This document shows positions 1 to 11,100 of a stretch of DNA of 64,000 nucleotides, piece after piece (positions within the stretch are counted from its first letter, which is position 1; each line of letters opens with the position of its first letter). A program made the position numbers and the translations under genes. The notes beneath the pieces are model-generated. The model saw nothing but the letters and a program-made list of their open reading frames with translations. It was not told the DNA's origin and ran no database searches. Source of the stretch: Callorhinchus milii. Lineage: Eukaryota. Location of the stretch: contig NW_024704743.1 of NCBI RefSeq assembly GCF_018977255.1, positions 28,274,001 through 28,338,000 on the forward strand, given 5' to 3'.

Positions 1-110
1 CTTGGCTCAGTTGATAGCACTCTCATCGCTGGGTCAGAAGGTCAGGGGTTCAAGCCCCATGTCGGAACTTTGTGCTCAGAACAGCTTAGGCTGAATTTCC
101 AATGAAGCCC
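1..110 (+). mobile_element. 5' fragment of SacSINE1-like tRNA-headed SINE (family B)
   Basis: ggctcagttgatagcactctcatc...gggtcagaaggtcaggggttcaagccc; same head as the copies at 476, 33860 and 58320. Confidence 0.6.
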
Positions 111-189
111 TCTCGCAGTGTTTTGATAAATGTTTCTGTGGATAAACTTATTCATTCATTTCATTCATTTATTAGAAGGTTATGCTTGA

Positions 190-310
190 AGGCTTAGTTG
201 AGGAAGGGCAGGAGGAGGCTCATGTGAAGCATGAACACCGGCATACACCAGTTGGGCCGAATGGCCTGTTTCTGTGCTGTATATTCTAATGTATTCTAAT
301 GTAGTCTAAC
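190..310 (+). mobile_element. CR1-type LINE 3' end
   Basis: gggccgaatggcctgtttctgtgctgta followed by repeated attctaatgt; same terminus as at ~4620, ~35490 and ~48470. Confidence 0.6.
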
Positions 311-475
311 GTATTTCATGTGGAAATTGACAAATGCATTTGCGTTCAATGTATTATCATTTCAATATACAGCAATTTCATTTGAAGTACTTTTTGACAT
401 TATAGGTACTATATTAAATGCAGAGATTATTAATTACTATTAATAGATATAACTCCAATGAAGCCTTCAGTACAG

Positions 476-630
476 TTTGGCTCAGTTGGTAGCATTTTCG
501 TCTCTGAGTGAGAAGGCTGTGAGTTCAAAGCCCAGATTGGGAAATTGACTCACGTAGTCTAGGCTGACACTCCAATGAGGTGCTGGGGGTGTGCTCCATT
601 GCTTGAGGTGTCGTCCTTCGAATGAAGACA
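476..630 (+). mobile_element. Family B SINE 5' half, cut off by a family A SINE
   Basis: tggctcagttggtagcattttcgtctctgagtgagaagg...ctaggctgacactcca. Confidence 0.7.
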
Positions 631-953
631 TTATAATAATAATAATAATCCTTGCATTTGATATAGCGCTTTTCACGTCAGGAGGACGTCCCAAAGCGCT
701 TCACAGAACATACTGTAAAGTGAATTGACTGTATATTTGTGGGCGAACGCGGCAGCCAATTGCACACAGCAATGTCCCACAAACAGTCGTAGATTGAAAA
801 TGATTAATTTATTATTGTTTTTGGTTTTGGAGGGATTATTATTAGGCGTCTGGAGTAAGGAAACTTGCCCAAGGTTTCGCCCTCTGCCTGGAATTAAACT
901 CAGGTCTCTCACTTGCAAAGCGAGTGCTCTAACCACTGAGCTGCAGGACTCCA
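631..953 (-). mobile_element. Full-length young tRNA(Ala)-headed Deu-like SINE (family A, short variant)
   Basis: Near reverse complement of 17763-18083; A/B boxes, ctgtgtgcaattggctgccgcg Deu-like core, L2-type tail, (ATT)n. Confidence 0.85.
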
Positions 954-1002
954 CATTTTAAAAAAAGAGGTTGTGGCTGCCTATTCAGATGGGTGTTAAC
1001 TA

Positions 1003-1410
1003 GAACAACAACTTGCATTTATGTACCGCCCTTCATGCGGGATAGTGTCCTGGAGCGCTTCACAGTAGCGGAGGCTGACGACGAGCCAGGGGGAGAGGGA
1101 GGGGAGTTGACCATAAGCACAATCAAAAAGGAAGGTCTTTGGGTGATATTTCAAGGTGGGGATGGAGGGGGCAAGGCGGAGGGATTGAGGGAAAGAGTTT
1201 CAGAGTTTCGGGATGTAGTGGTGAAGACACAGCCACCGATGGTGGAGCAGATGGAAAGAGGGTAAAACAGAAGGTCGGAGCCAGCCGAGCAGAGGTAGTG
1301 GGTGGTGGAGTGGGGTGGGGGGCTAAGCAGGCCGGATAGGTAGGGAGGTACGAGCGCATAAAGTGATTTGAAAATGAGTGAGACGATCTTGAAATCGATC
1401 CTGTGGCTCT
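1003..1410 (-). mobile_element. L2 LINE 3' fragment
   Basis: aacaacaacttgcatttat tail; decayed ORF2 C-terminus. Confidence 0.7.
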
Positions 1411-1789
1411 ATTCAAAAATAAACTGAAGTTTCTCCTGGTTTGCTGACAAATAAAGTTGGTCCCTCACTTCATTGCTGTTTGTGAGACACTGCTGGGCAT
1501 AAAATTGGTTGACGCATTTGTCCACAAATTGCATTGTCACTACATTTTCTGTGATGTGCTTTGAGACATCCTTCTGACATGAAAGGCACTATATCAAAGT
1601 TAAGAATTGCTTATTATTATTATAAATATAAATTCAGACAATCGAATAACAGATGTCCAAACCTATTTGGAAGATCTCCATGTTCCTGATCACAGAGGAA
1701 CCTCACCTCCTTGTCCTCTTGTTCTGTCTTGGGACTTCCTATTGTCCTTGGTTTACTTTTTCAAACAAACCGATTAAAAAAATTCTTTA

Positions 1790-1975
1790 AGGTCCCCTCT
1801 GAGATTTTTCCTTTCAAGACTGAAGATTAGACTAACTTGCCTAATCATGGCTCATAGCTTATTCCTCTAACATTAGGCATCATTCTCGTTGTTCTCATCT
1901 GCATTGTCTCCATGGTCTGTGACATTATGTTACGACCAGAGCTGAATGTAGTACTCTAGGGGTGGTCTGACTAGA
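1790..1975 (-). mobile_element. CR1 LINE fragment
   Basis: Minus strand reads LVRPPLEYYIQLWS, a CR1 ORF2-like motif. Confidence 0.5.
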
Positions 1976-1977
1976 CT

Positions 1978-2630
1978 CAACAACAACAACAACAATTTGG
2001 ATTTATATAGCGCCCTCCGCGGCGGGCGGCGTCTCAGAGCGCTTCACAGTAACGGATGCCGTGAGATTTTAGATGTTGACGAGAGCCAAATAGTATGGCT
2101 TCTATCTTGTCAACGTTCAGCTAAAGGAAGTTTGCGCTCATCCAGCCCCTGAGATCTGATAGGTAAGCTGACAGAACATCAGGGGACTGGGGGTCGCAAA
2201 GAGAGGTGGAAAAATAGAGTTGAGTGTCATCCGCAAACATGTGGAAATGTACCCCATGTCTATGGATGACATCCCTAAGAGGGAGCATGTAGATCATAAA
2301 GAGGAGGGGGCCAAGGATGGATCCTTGGGGTACCCCGCAGGTAACCGGGTGAGAGCGGGAGGAGAAGCTGTTTGTGCAGATGTACTGCTGGCGGTTTGTG
2401 AGGTAGGACTCGAACCAGGCGAGTGCGGTCCCACTGAGGTGGATGACAGAGGAAAGGTGGTGGAGGAGGATGGCGTGATCGACTGTGTCGAACGTGGCGG
2501 AGAGGTCCAGGAGGACAAGGAGGCAGAGGGAGGCCTGGTCACAGATAGAGAGGATGTCGTTTGTGACTTTCACAAGCGCAGTCTCTGTACTGTGGGCAGC
2601 GTGGAAACCGGACTGGAGGGCACCGGACTG
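1978..2630 (-). mobile_element. L2 LINE fragment (RT domain plus tail)
   Basis: ORF 2121..2573: LLDLSATFDTVDH, GVPQGSILGPLLF, HMFADDTQLY; (AAC)n tail at ~1980. Confidence 0.9.
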
Positions 2631-3758
2631 GACTCAGGTCAGGAGTAGAAACACAGTGCCAAACATTCCAGTAATTAAAGTTTTCGGAAGAAAATTCCTA
2701 CAAAAATATTCTTTGCCTTTTGTGTGTGCAGTCTTTATGGCATTTGAGAGTTAGCATTTGATAGCCAACACTTAAGAATTTGTTGTTACCAGTTTGTAAC
2801 TTTCAACGCTGTCTGTAAATCGCTTCCTTGAATTTTTTTTGACCCTGGGCTCCGAGCAACTTAGTCCATCTAAACAATGTTGTTTGAAGCTGGTGGATGA
2901 TTATGTAGGAAATAAATTCATAACTTATTTCTGTAATCCATTAGTGCTCCTTTATACACAGGAGGAACTCATTGGAGGAAGTCAGTAACACATTTTTTTA
3001 AAACAAATTATGGGTGTGGGGAGGTAAAAAAAATTATAATTATCATATCACAATTCACATGCATTTATAATGTCAGATTTCATGGAAGGTAATGAGTTGG
3101 TACCTCTTGCCTTTGAGTCAGAAAATTGTTGTTTCAGGCCTTCCATCCGTACTTTGAACTCAAATTCTAAGCTGACACTCTCAAACAGTTTCCAAAAATA
3201 CAGACTTAAAGAAAATTGAGGATATTTTCAGTGAAATTTTAAAAGCCAATAAAATAGTGAGCCCTGATCTGACTTGAATCATATACATATATCTTCCACA
3301 TTAAACTGACTTTTCTGAAGTTTTCAAGCATTCAGGTGAATATGTGCAATGAATAGTTCTCTAGTTTGCCAGGGTCAGCATTTCCGTGATAACTTCCCTG
3401 ATTTGTCAGAATCATATTCCTGACGCCTCCACAATCTGGGCTTGATTCCTATGGACTTTGAATGATTAACTTTATGCAGGGGAGTTTTAATGATTTACCC
3501 ATTATGTAACAAGTCTACCAATAAGTCTATCTTGCGGGAACGTTTTGTTCTGGGGAACAATTATATTTTTCAAAGGTTCAAGTTGATTGACTGGCTTCTG
3601 CTGGGGTCAACATGAATACTATCAGAACTCTCTTTGACCCATGAAGACTCCACTCTGGAAGCAGATAGCTTTACAATGGAATTTCTGCAGCTGAACAAGA
3701 TGTACTTAAGTGACTGTAAATATTCTGTGTGATTCAAATAAAGAATTAATAAATTAGT

Positions 3759-4120
3759 GGAGTCCTGTAGCTCAGCGGTTAGAGCACTCGCCTCACAAGC
3801 AAGTGACCTGGATTCGATTCCAGGCAGGGCAAAACGTTGGGCAAGTTTCCACACACCTCTGCTCACCTATGAGTAAGTAGGAACACGGTTGTTAGTCGAT
3901 TGGCTGATCGCTTTTCCGGGGGTAATAATTCCTTAAAAAAATTAAAAATTAGTCACTCAATCCACGACGGTTTGTGGGACACTACTGTGCGCAATTGGCT
4001 GCTGTGTTTCACCCACAAAATATACAGTCAATTCCTTTTACAGTATTTTCTGTGAAGCGCTTGGAGACATCGCGAAGACTTGAATAGGCATTATATCAAA
4101 TGCAAGGATTATTATTATTA
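3759..4120 (+). mobile_element. Full-length family A SINE (long variant)
   Basis: ggagtcctgtagctcagcggttagagc head through aatgcaaggattattattatt tail. Confidence 0.85.
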
Positions 4121-4359
4121 AAGAATTCAGTTAATAAATGAATACACAACATAAGAGATACAACAAATAGGAGATACATCAAATGAAAGTACAGAATGTT
4201 TCAATGTAATTATGATCATTGCTCCTTTGAACCGTCCTCTCTTTTACCTTCCAAACTCCCAATATATTCTTCTGGATACGCTTCTTTCTCTTTCACATCC
4301 TCACTGAAATTAAATATTATTACAATATTTAACTATCTTTGCCATTAAAATTGGCCTCC

Positions 4360-4680
4360 TTGAAGAGAGGTAAGCAGAGTCTCCTTGAAGTTAAACTGGT
4401 TCTAAGGTGACGTGCTTGGCAGTGAGAAGAATTTTTTTCACGCAGTGAGTTGTTCGAATCTGGAACGCATTGCCTGAAAGGGTGGTTGAGGCCAATTCGA
4501 TAACTACTTTTAAAAACGTGGTGGACGGGTATTTGAGGAGGACGGGTTTGCAGGGTTAAGGAGAAAAGGCTGGGGAGTGGGATTGACATTAATTCTCTAT
4601 TCAAAGAGCTGGCACAAACTCGAGGGGCTGAATGGCCTCTTTTTGTGCTGTACGATTCTGTGATTCTATGATTCTATGAA
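4360..4680 (+). mobile_element. CR1 LINE 3' end
   Basis: FFSRSELFESGTH-region decayed from the CR1 FFxQRVV.WN.LP motif; gggctgaatggcct; (tgattcta)n tail. Confidence 0.75.
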
Positions 4681-4849
4681 TGTCAGAATCAAGCCCAACC
4701 TTTGTTGCAGTCTCGGTAGCCTGGTTTCTGAGCCTGGTGGGTCTCCAGCACTCCAGGGCACAATACTTGTGGGAACAAAGATGCTTCTAATCTGTAGCCC
4801 TGATTGAGACTTTTTAATATTGACCAATATCATCTTATGTCCAAGTTCA

Positions 4850-5320
4850 TCACATCATAGACTCGACTACGCCAACTCGCAGCTTGTCAGCCTTTCCAAT
4901 TCTTCCCTTCACAAGCTGCAGATCATCCAGAACTCTTCAGCTCATGTCCCCTCCCGCACCAGGCTCTGTGACCCCATCACCCCCACCCTTGCCTGGCTCC
5001 ATTGGTTCCCCATCCCGGACAATACAGTTCGAAATCCTCATCCTCACCTTCAAGGCCCTCCATGGATTTGTCGCTTCCTACCTCTGTGACCTGCTGACGC
5101 CATAGCAACCTGTCCGCTCCCTCCGCTCAAGACCTGTGTCTCAAGACCCTCTTCTTCAACCTAGCCTTCGGTCACCCTCCTACCCTCCCTGCCTTCCACC
5201 CTCCCTGATCCCAACACAACCTCTCACCCCTGCTTGGGTCCAAATCCCTGACTGTCCAGCTCTTTGGGACGTCTTCCCGACGTGAAAGGCATTTTACAAA
5301 TGCAATTTTGTGTTGTATTG
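4850..5320 (+). mobile_element. L2 LINE 3' fragment
   Basis: RLDYANS, LQIIQNS, LHWFP motifs; L2 tail. Confidence 0.85.
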
Positions 5321-6589
5321 CGTACAGTTTGGAGACAACTGAGATATGCAGGATATACTATATGTTTTATGGCACATCTGTAGCTACCAGAAATGGTTAC
5401 CCATATTTTCATGCTATTTAATACGGCATAGAATTTTAAATAGCTTATACAATTGTTCGCTCCCAAGGGCAATGAAGCAATGTAAGTTGTCTGTAATTTA
5501 TACAGTTCTCTGAATCACTTCTACCCCACATTTAGCACACGCAGGTGCATCTGCACCTCTTAGCAACTGCAGGAGCTTCTGTTTATTTTGATGACCTAGC
5601 AGTGTGAAGTGCTGCTTTTACGTGGTTTCATTCATTGCATGTCATAATAATGCCTCGATTGTTATACACTCCTATAATAAAGTCTGTGTGTCACTGTGTT
5701 TTTCCTGGATGATTTCCAACATGAATTTATAGCTGTGTTTTGTTCACCAGGTTGACTGGGAAAGAGTTTCAATTGCACCTTATGGCTCTGATATTCTGGC
5801 AGGGTGACTGGCTGTGAAGTTTTCTGGCCAGGCTCCAGATTTGGGCGATTGCTGTGCTCAGCAATGGAAAGGATGACTCTGTATATGCTGAACTTTCGTA
5901 TCACCTCAAAACCACAGTAACTACAAGCTCCATTTTAATAAGGGCAAAGAGCTAGGGAGAAAGGTAACATTTTAAAGTGTCCAGAGTTTGGAAATTCCTG
6001 AATTTCATCTTATCTTTGAAGCTGTTTTTCTGCCATTCTAAAAAACACTCAATAAGCCAGCATCAAAATTAAGATTATATTTAAACATTTGTCAAATTCT
6101 GGACATTCAACATTGCTACTTAGTGTTAATCTAGACCCAACTGAATTTTTCTCCACATTTGCCACGTCACGTTGGAGACTTGTTTTGGGATATAGAGGAC
6201 TCTACTCAAGATCAATACTGAGAAGATCAAATTCTACTCAAAAGGGCAAAGTCTGCTTACATTCACCACAGTATTACCATTTTTAGGATCCATTCTAAAA
6301 GAAAAACAAATTCCACTTAAGGGACTGCTCCAACACCATAGTGCTTTCCATACTTCAATAATTTCTTAACCTAGTCACAGTTGTGTGAGTAGGTTCTGGG
6401 GGTGAGTGAGGTGGAGTTCAATTGTTAGCTGAACTAAGATGCAGCACTTTGGCAGAAAATGCAGTTCTGGTTTCATTCATCTGCAATTACTGCATTTTCT
6501 GTGATACTTTGAAGAAATTTGTAAGGTCTTAAATTGTACATCTGCTCATAGCCAAATCTCTTTCTGTTCAATTTACTTTTTAATTGCTT

Positions 6590-6750
6590 TGTTATAAATT
6601 CAATCCACGACTGTTTGTGGGAAACTCCTGTACACAATTGGCTGCCGCGTTTCACCCACAAAATATACAGTCAATTCACTTTACAGTATATTCTGTGAAG
6701 CACTTTGAAATGTCTCCAAGACCTATGTCAAATACAAAGATTATTATTAT
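6590..6750 (+). mobile_element. Family A SINE 3' half
   Basis: Deu-like core and tail. Confidence 0.75.
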
Positions 6751-7136
6751 AGTTTTGAATGTTCCCATCATTAATCCGTATTATTGCTCACTCATTCTCT
6801 CTCTGCCCTCCATGTCCCTTCTCCCTCAAAACTATCCCTTCTCACTCAGCTCACTGCCTCCCCTCCTTGGGTTTCTCTCTTCATCCCTCCTGTCACAGTA
6901 ACTCTCTTCTACCAAATCTGACACTCCTTACAGATCTCAACCCCATTTTTTCACCGATTTTATCCCAAAATGAAATTTACTCCTCTGAAACCATGGCATA
7001 TGCATGCTCTCAATGCCCACACTGAAGAAGGGGGTACAAACAGGAGAGGGAATATAGATGAAAAAAGAGGCAGAACAACATGATCTAAAAGTATTTATCT
7101 TAAATCATTGATTTCTATTACTGTTTGTGATTACAG

Positions 7137-7277
7137 GAGCCTTTTTGATTCCATACAGCCTTGCACTGATTTTCGTGGGGATCCCTCTATTTCACCTCGA
7201 ATTAGCAATTGGACAGCGACTCCGGAAAGGCAGTATTGGTGTCTGGAATTCCATCTCTCCATACCTGGGAGGAGTCG
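7137..7277 (+). CDS. SLC6A18: SLC6A18 exon 2
   Basis: ttacag|GAGCC...GTCG|gtaagg; [48 protein letters not shown]. Confidence 0.95.
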
Positions 7278-8123
7278 GTAAGGTTGTGGGTTGAAACGAT
7301 TTTTTTTTAACAAACAAGATTTTTTTTTGTCCCCAGAATTTTGAGAAATCAAATACAAAGCTTCAAAGCGGCAGCAATTCTTCCTCTTGTAATTCTCACT
7401 CTTCCTGGTTCAAAATGTAAAACACACCCATCAGTTTAAGAACATATTTTATATATTTGTGCCCACAAAATATACTGTCAAATCACTTTACAGTATATTC
7501 TGTGAAGTGCTTTGAAACGTCTAGAAAATGTGATAAGCCGCTATATCAAATGCAAAGCTTAATTATTTTAATATTACCATCAGCTTCATTGCTTGCATTA
7601 ACAGGTTTTATGTACCATTTTGTGACCATAAATTAAAATTTTCCTCTGTAATCCCACTCCTCTTTGCAGCCCCTGCTTCAGCCTAGGAATTGAGAGTGCA
7701 AATATCCCTTGGTTGCAGAGGAGTAAACTTCATTTTAGGATAACATGGGTGGAGAAATGGGGCTGAGACATCATGGGCTTCAGTTTGGGTAGAGAGAATA
7801 CATTTTCATGAATGCAAACTGACTGTTACACTTTGGGATGTTTAAATATTGCATCTCAAATATTGTCCATTTCCCATTATCATATCCATGAACACTCCTT
7901 TTGTATGCAAAAAATAATGATAATCCTTGCATTTGATATTACGCTTTAGCATATCATTGAGATGTCTCAAAGGGCTTCAGAGGGTAAACTGTAAAACGGA
8001 TGTGAAATGCGGCAGCCAATTGCGCACAGCAATGTCCCACAAACAGCCATGGAGTGAATGACCAATTTTATTTGGGAAATTGTTGGCTAGGATACCAGAA
8101 CAAATTCCCTTCTCTTTACAAAC

Positions 8124-8162
<39 letters not shown>

Positions 8163-11100
8163 GTACCATGGGATCTTTAACTTCCATCTGAACAGGCGGA
8201 TAGGATCTTAGTCTTACATCTCATCTGAAGGATGACATCACCGACAATGCAACATACCCCGGCACTGCATTGCATTGTGCGATATCATTTCACGTCCTGG
8301 TGTGGGGTGCTATATAAATGCAATTTATTGTTGTTGTTGCTGTTGTTCATTTGATTCATTGTAATTCTTTGAACACACATCTTAAAAGTTTTTAAAACCT
8401 TTCTTCTGTGTTGCATTACAGGCATTGCATCGATGCTGGTGTCCTTCCTGATGGGATTGTATTATAACACCATCCTTGCATGGGTACTCTGGTACTTTTT
8501 CCATTCATTCCAGGATCCATTGCCATGGAAAAATTGTCCCAAGTTAAACGACAATCAAACAGGTTAAGAAGAGCATCTAGAAATGTTTCACCAATATTCC
8601 AGTGACATTTAGTGACTTAGTAATCAATTCTTGGGCTTATCAAGTTGAGGCAGGTCACCGCTGGATATTGGAACACTTTAACGCTATTTTTGTCAGCATT
8701 GAAGACCCTAAGGTCAGGTGAAATATGGCCCGATGTGATGTAATGGCAACAAAGTCCACCTGGTCACATCTTCGTCTTCATTCCCTCCTTCGACTTTTTT
8801 GCTCCTTCCCCTATGTCCCTTTCCAATATCATGTATGCTTTTGCTCCTTTACCCTTACCCAATCCCATCTCCCACATTAAACCCACAACCTTCTCCCTTT
8901 CAATCTAGCATTGGACTACCAGATTACCACTTTTCTGTCCCCTGCTTGTAAACCTTTCCCTTTTCTTTCATTGCATCCTATCTTTAATAATAATAATAAT
9001 CCTTGCATTTGATATAGCACTTTTCACGTATTTGAGACGCCTCAAAGCGCTTCAGAGAATATACTGTAAAGTGAATTGACTGTATATTTGTGGGTGAAAC
9101 GCGGCAGCCAATTGCACATTGCCAAAGTGCAATTGGCTGCTGCGTTTCACCCACAAATATACAGTCCCACAAACAGTCGTGGATTGAGTGACCAAATTAT
9201 TATTTTTTTTTAGGATTATTATCACCAGAAAAGGAATCCGCCCATCGACTAACAACTAGGTTCCTGCTGGGAATAGAACCCAGGTCTTTCACTTGCACTA
9301 TGATTTTACTGAGGTTGCTGCAAATTGTGGCAAGAATATTTTGCCCTAAGAGCTTCAGAGTCCGTTTAACCATGTGCAGACCACTTCTCCAGCACTGTAG
9401 TGTTACATTGCCAAACCCCATCTTTACTCCCTTTTACTCCTCTTTCACTCCTTGCTCGTGTCCCTTCAATCCATTTTTTTAATTCCACTCACATAGCACT
9501 GATAACCCTCAACAAAATCAGAACCAATGTTCTCTCAATAAAGGCTTCCTCAACCAGTCTGCTTTTGAGGTCCGCTCACTTGCGAGGTAGTGCTCTAACC
9601 ACTAAGCAACAGGATTCCAAAATGGTGTGAGAAGGACAATAGCTTTTTGTTAATACTTTCTTATCTTCTTAGGCAATTTATTCATATAATTCACTGATGG
9701 GATGATCAAGAAATGTATTAGTCATGAGTTGTCATCTTCACCAGAGAAATGCAAATCTTCACTACATGTACATTTCATTAAATATCCTCTGCGGTCCTAA
9801 TGTATAATATGCTTGCATGTTATCATACGCCAATTAGTCACATCTCTAGCTATACATGTGATTCCTCAGTTGAATGTTTTCCATGTATTGTTTGCACCTT
9901 AGTTCAGGTAACTTTTTATGACCAAAGTTTGCTCTTGTTTTTTGCAGAGTGTGAGCAGAGCACTCCTGTTGACTACTTCTGGTATCGAAAGACCTTGAAC
10001 ATAAGTAATGACATCAATGTGAGTGGAGAGCTGCAGTGGTGGCTGGTAATCTGCCTTGCCACTGCTTGGATCATAGTGTTTATGTGCACTATAAAAGGAA
10101 TTGAAAGCATTGGGAAGGTGAGGATTGATTTTGTATCAACCTGTATAATTTGTTTACCATTGATCCAAGGACACCCCATACTTAATTAACTATTCTACTG
10201 TAAAATGCTTACTTTAAAAGACAACCTAACATTGAGTTTACCATAAATTCCCGATCTGATGTAACCTTTACCTCCAAATACAGCAAAGTGAGAACTCTTA
10301 TATCTAGCAGGATTTCACCTCTCTTTTCATTGTGCTTTGCAGGCTGTATACATCACTTCAACCTTCCCTTATTTAATATTGTTAATTTTCTTTGTGCGAG
10401 GGTTAACGCTGCCTGGAGCCATCTACGGCTTAAACTACTTGTTTACACCAGATGTAAGTCTATTTAATTGTATATCAATAATGAAGACTGGCTATGCAAT
10501 TTAGATGACATAGCTATTATAATACACATTGATTCGGGTCTAGTTTGGAGATTCACAAAAGGATTTCTAAAAGATAAATCCTGCAGGTACTATCTGACTA
10601 AAGAAATCCACTTGGTCACTGATAGAAATGTCGATTTATAATCCTTAATCATAATTCTTATATTTGGTATAGTATCTTTCACATCAGGACAGGTCCCAAA
10701 GCGTTTCACAGGATGTACTGTAACAACTTTAACATGAGTAATTGCATATAGTGTAGTAAGTGACTGACAACTTTGGATCTAATGTTCCCAAACCTTTCTA
10801 CTCTGTTGTAGATACTTCACACTGAATTAATTGCTCTCCCCATGATGATCCATGCCAGCAGGCTAACCATGCCTCACTGACCCAACCCTCTATCCTTAAC
10901 CCCACCGCCGTTCACTCTTAGTCTCTGCGTGTGCACATTGGCTGCCGCCACCAACCCGAGCTCCTTCCCCAAGATGATCCCATCCCTGTTTTCTACCTCC
11001 ATAACCATGCTCAGTCCTCCTCTCCCACTGCCCTCCCCGACTCCTATCCCTGCTCAACCGTCCCACAGCCTGCCTCTGCTCCAGCCTGCGAATCCTCCAT

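Noticed and set aside
1..7136. SLC6A18 exon 1 and promoter
   Set aside because: I found no WDNK or GLGNxWRFPY coding segment, so it presumably lies upstream of the window
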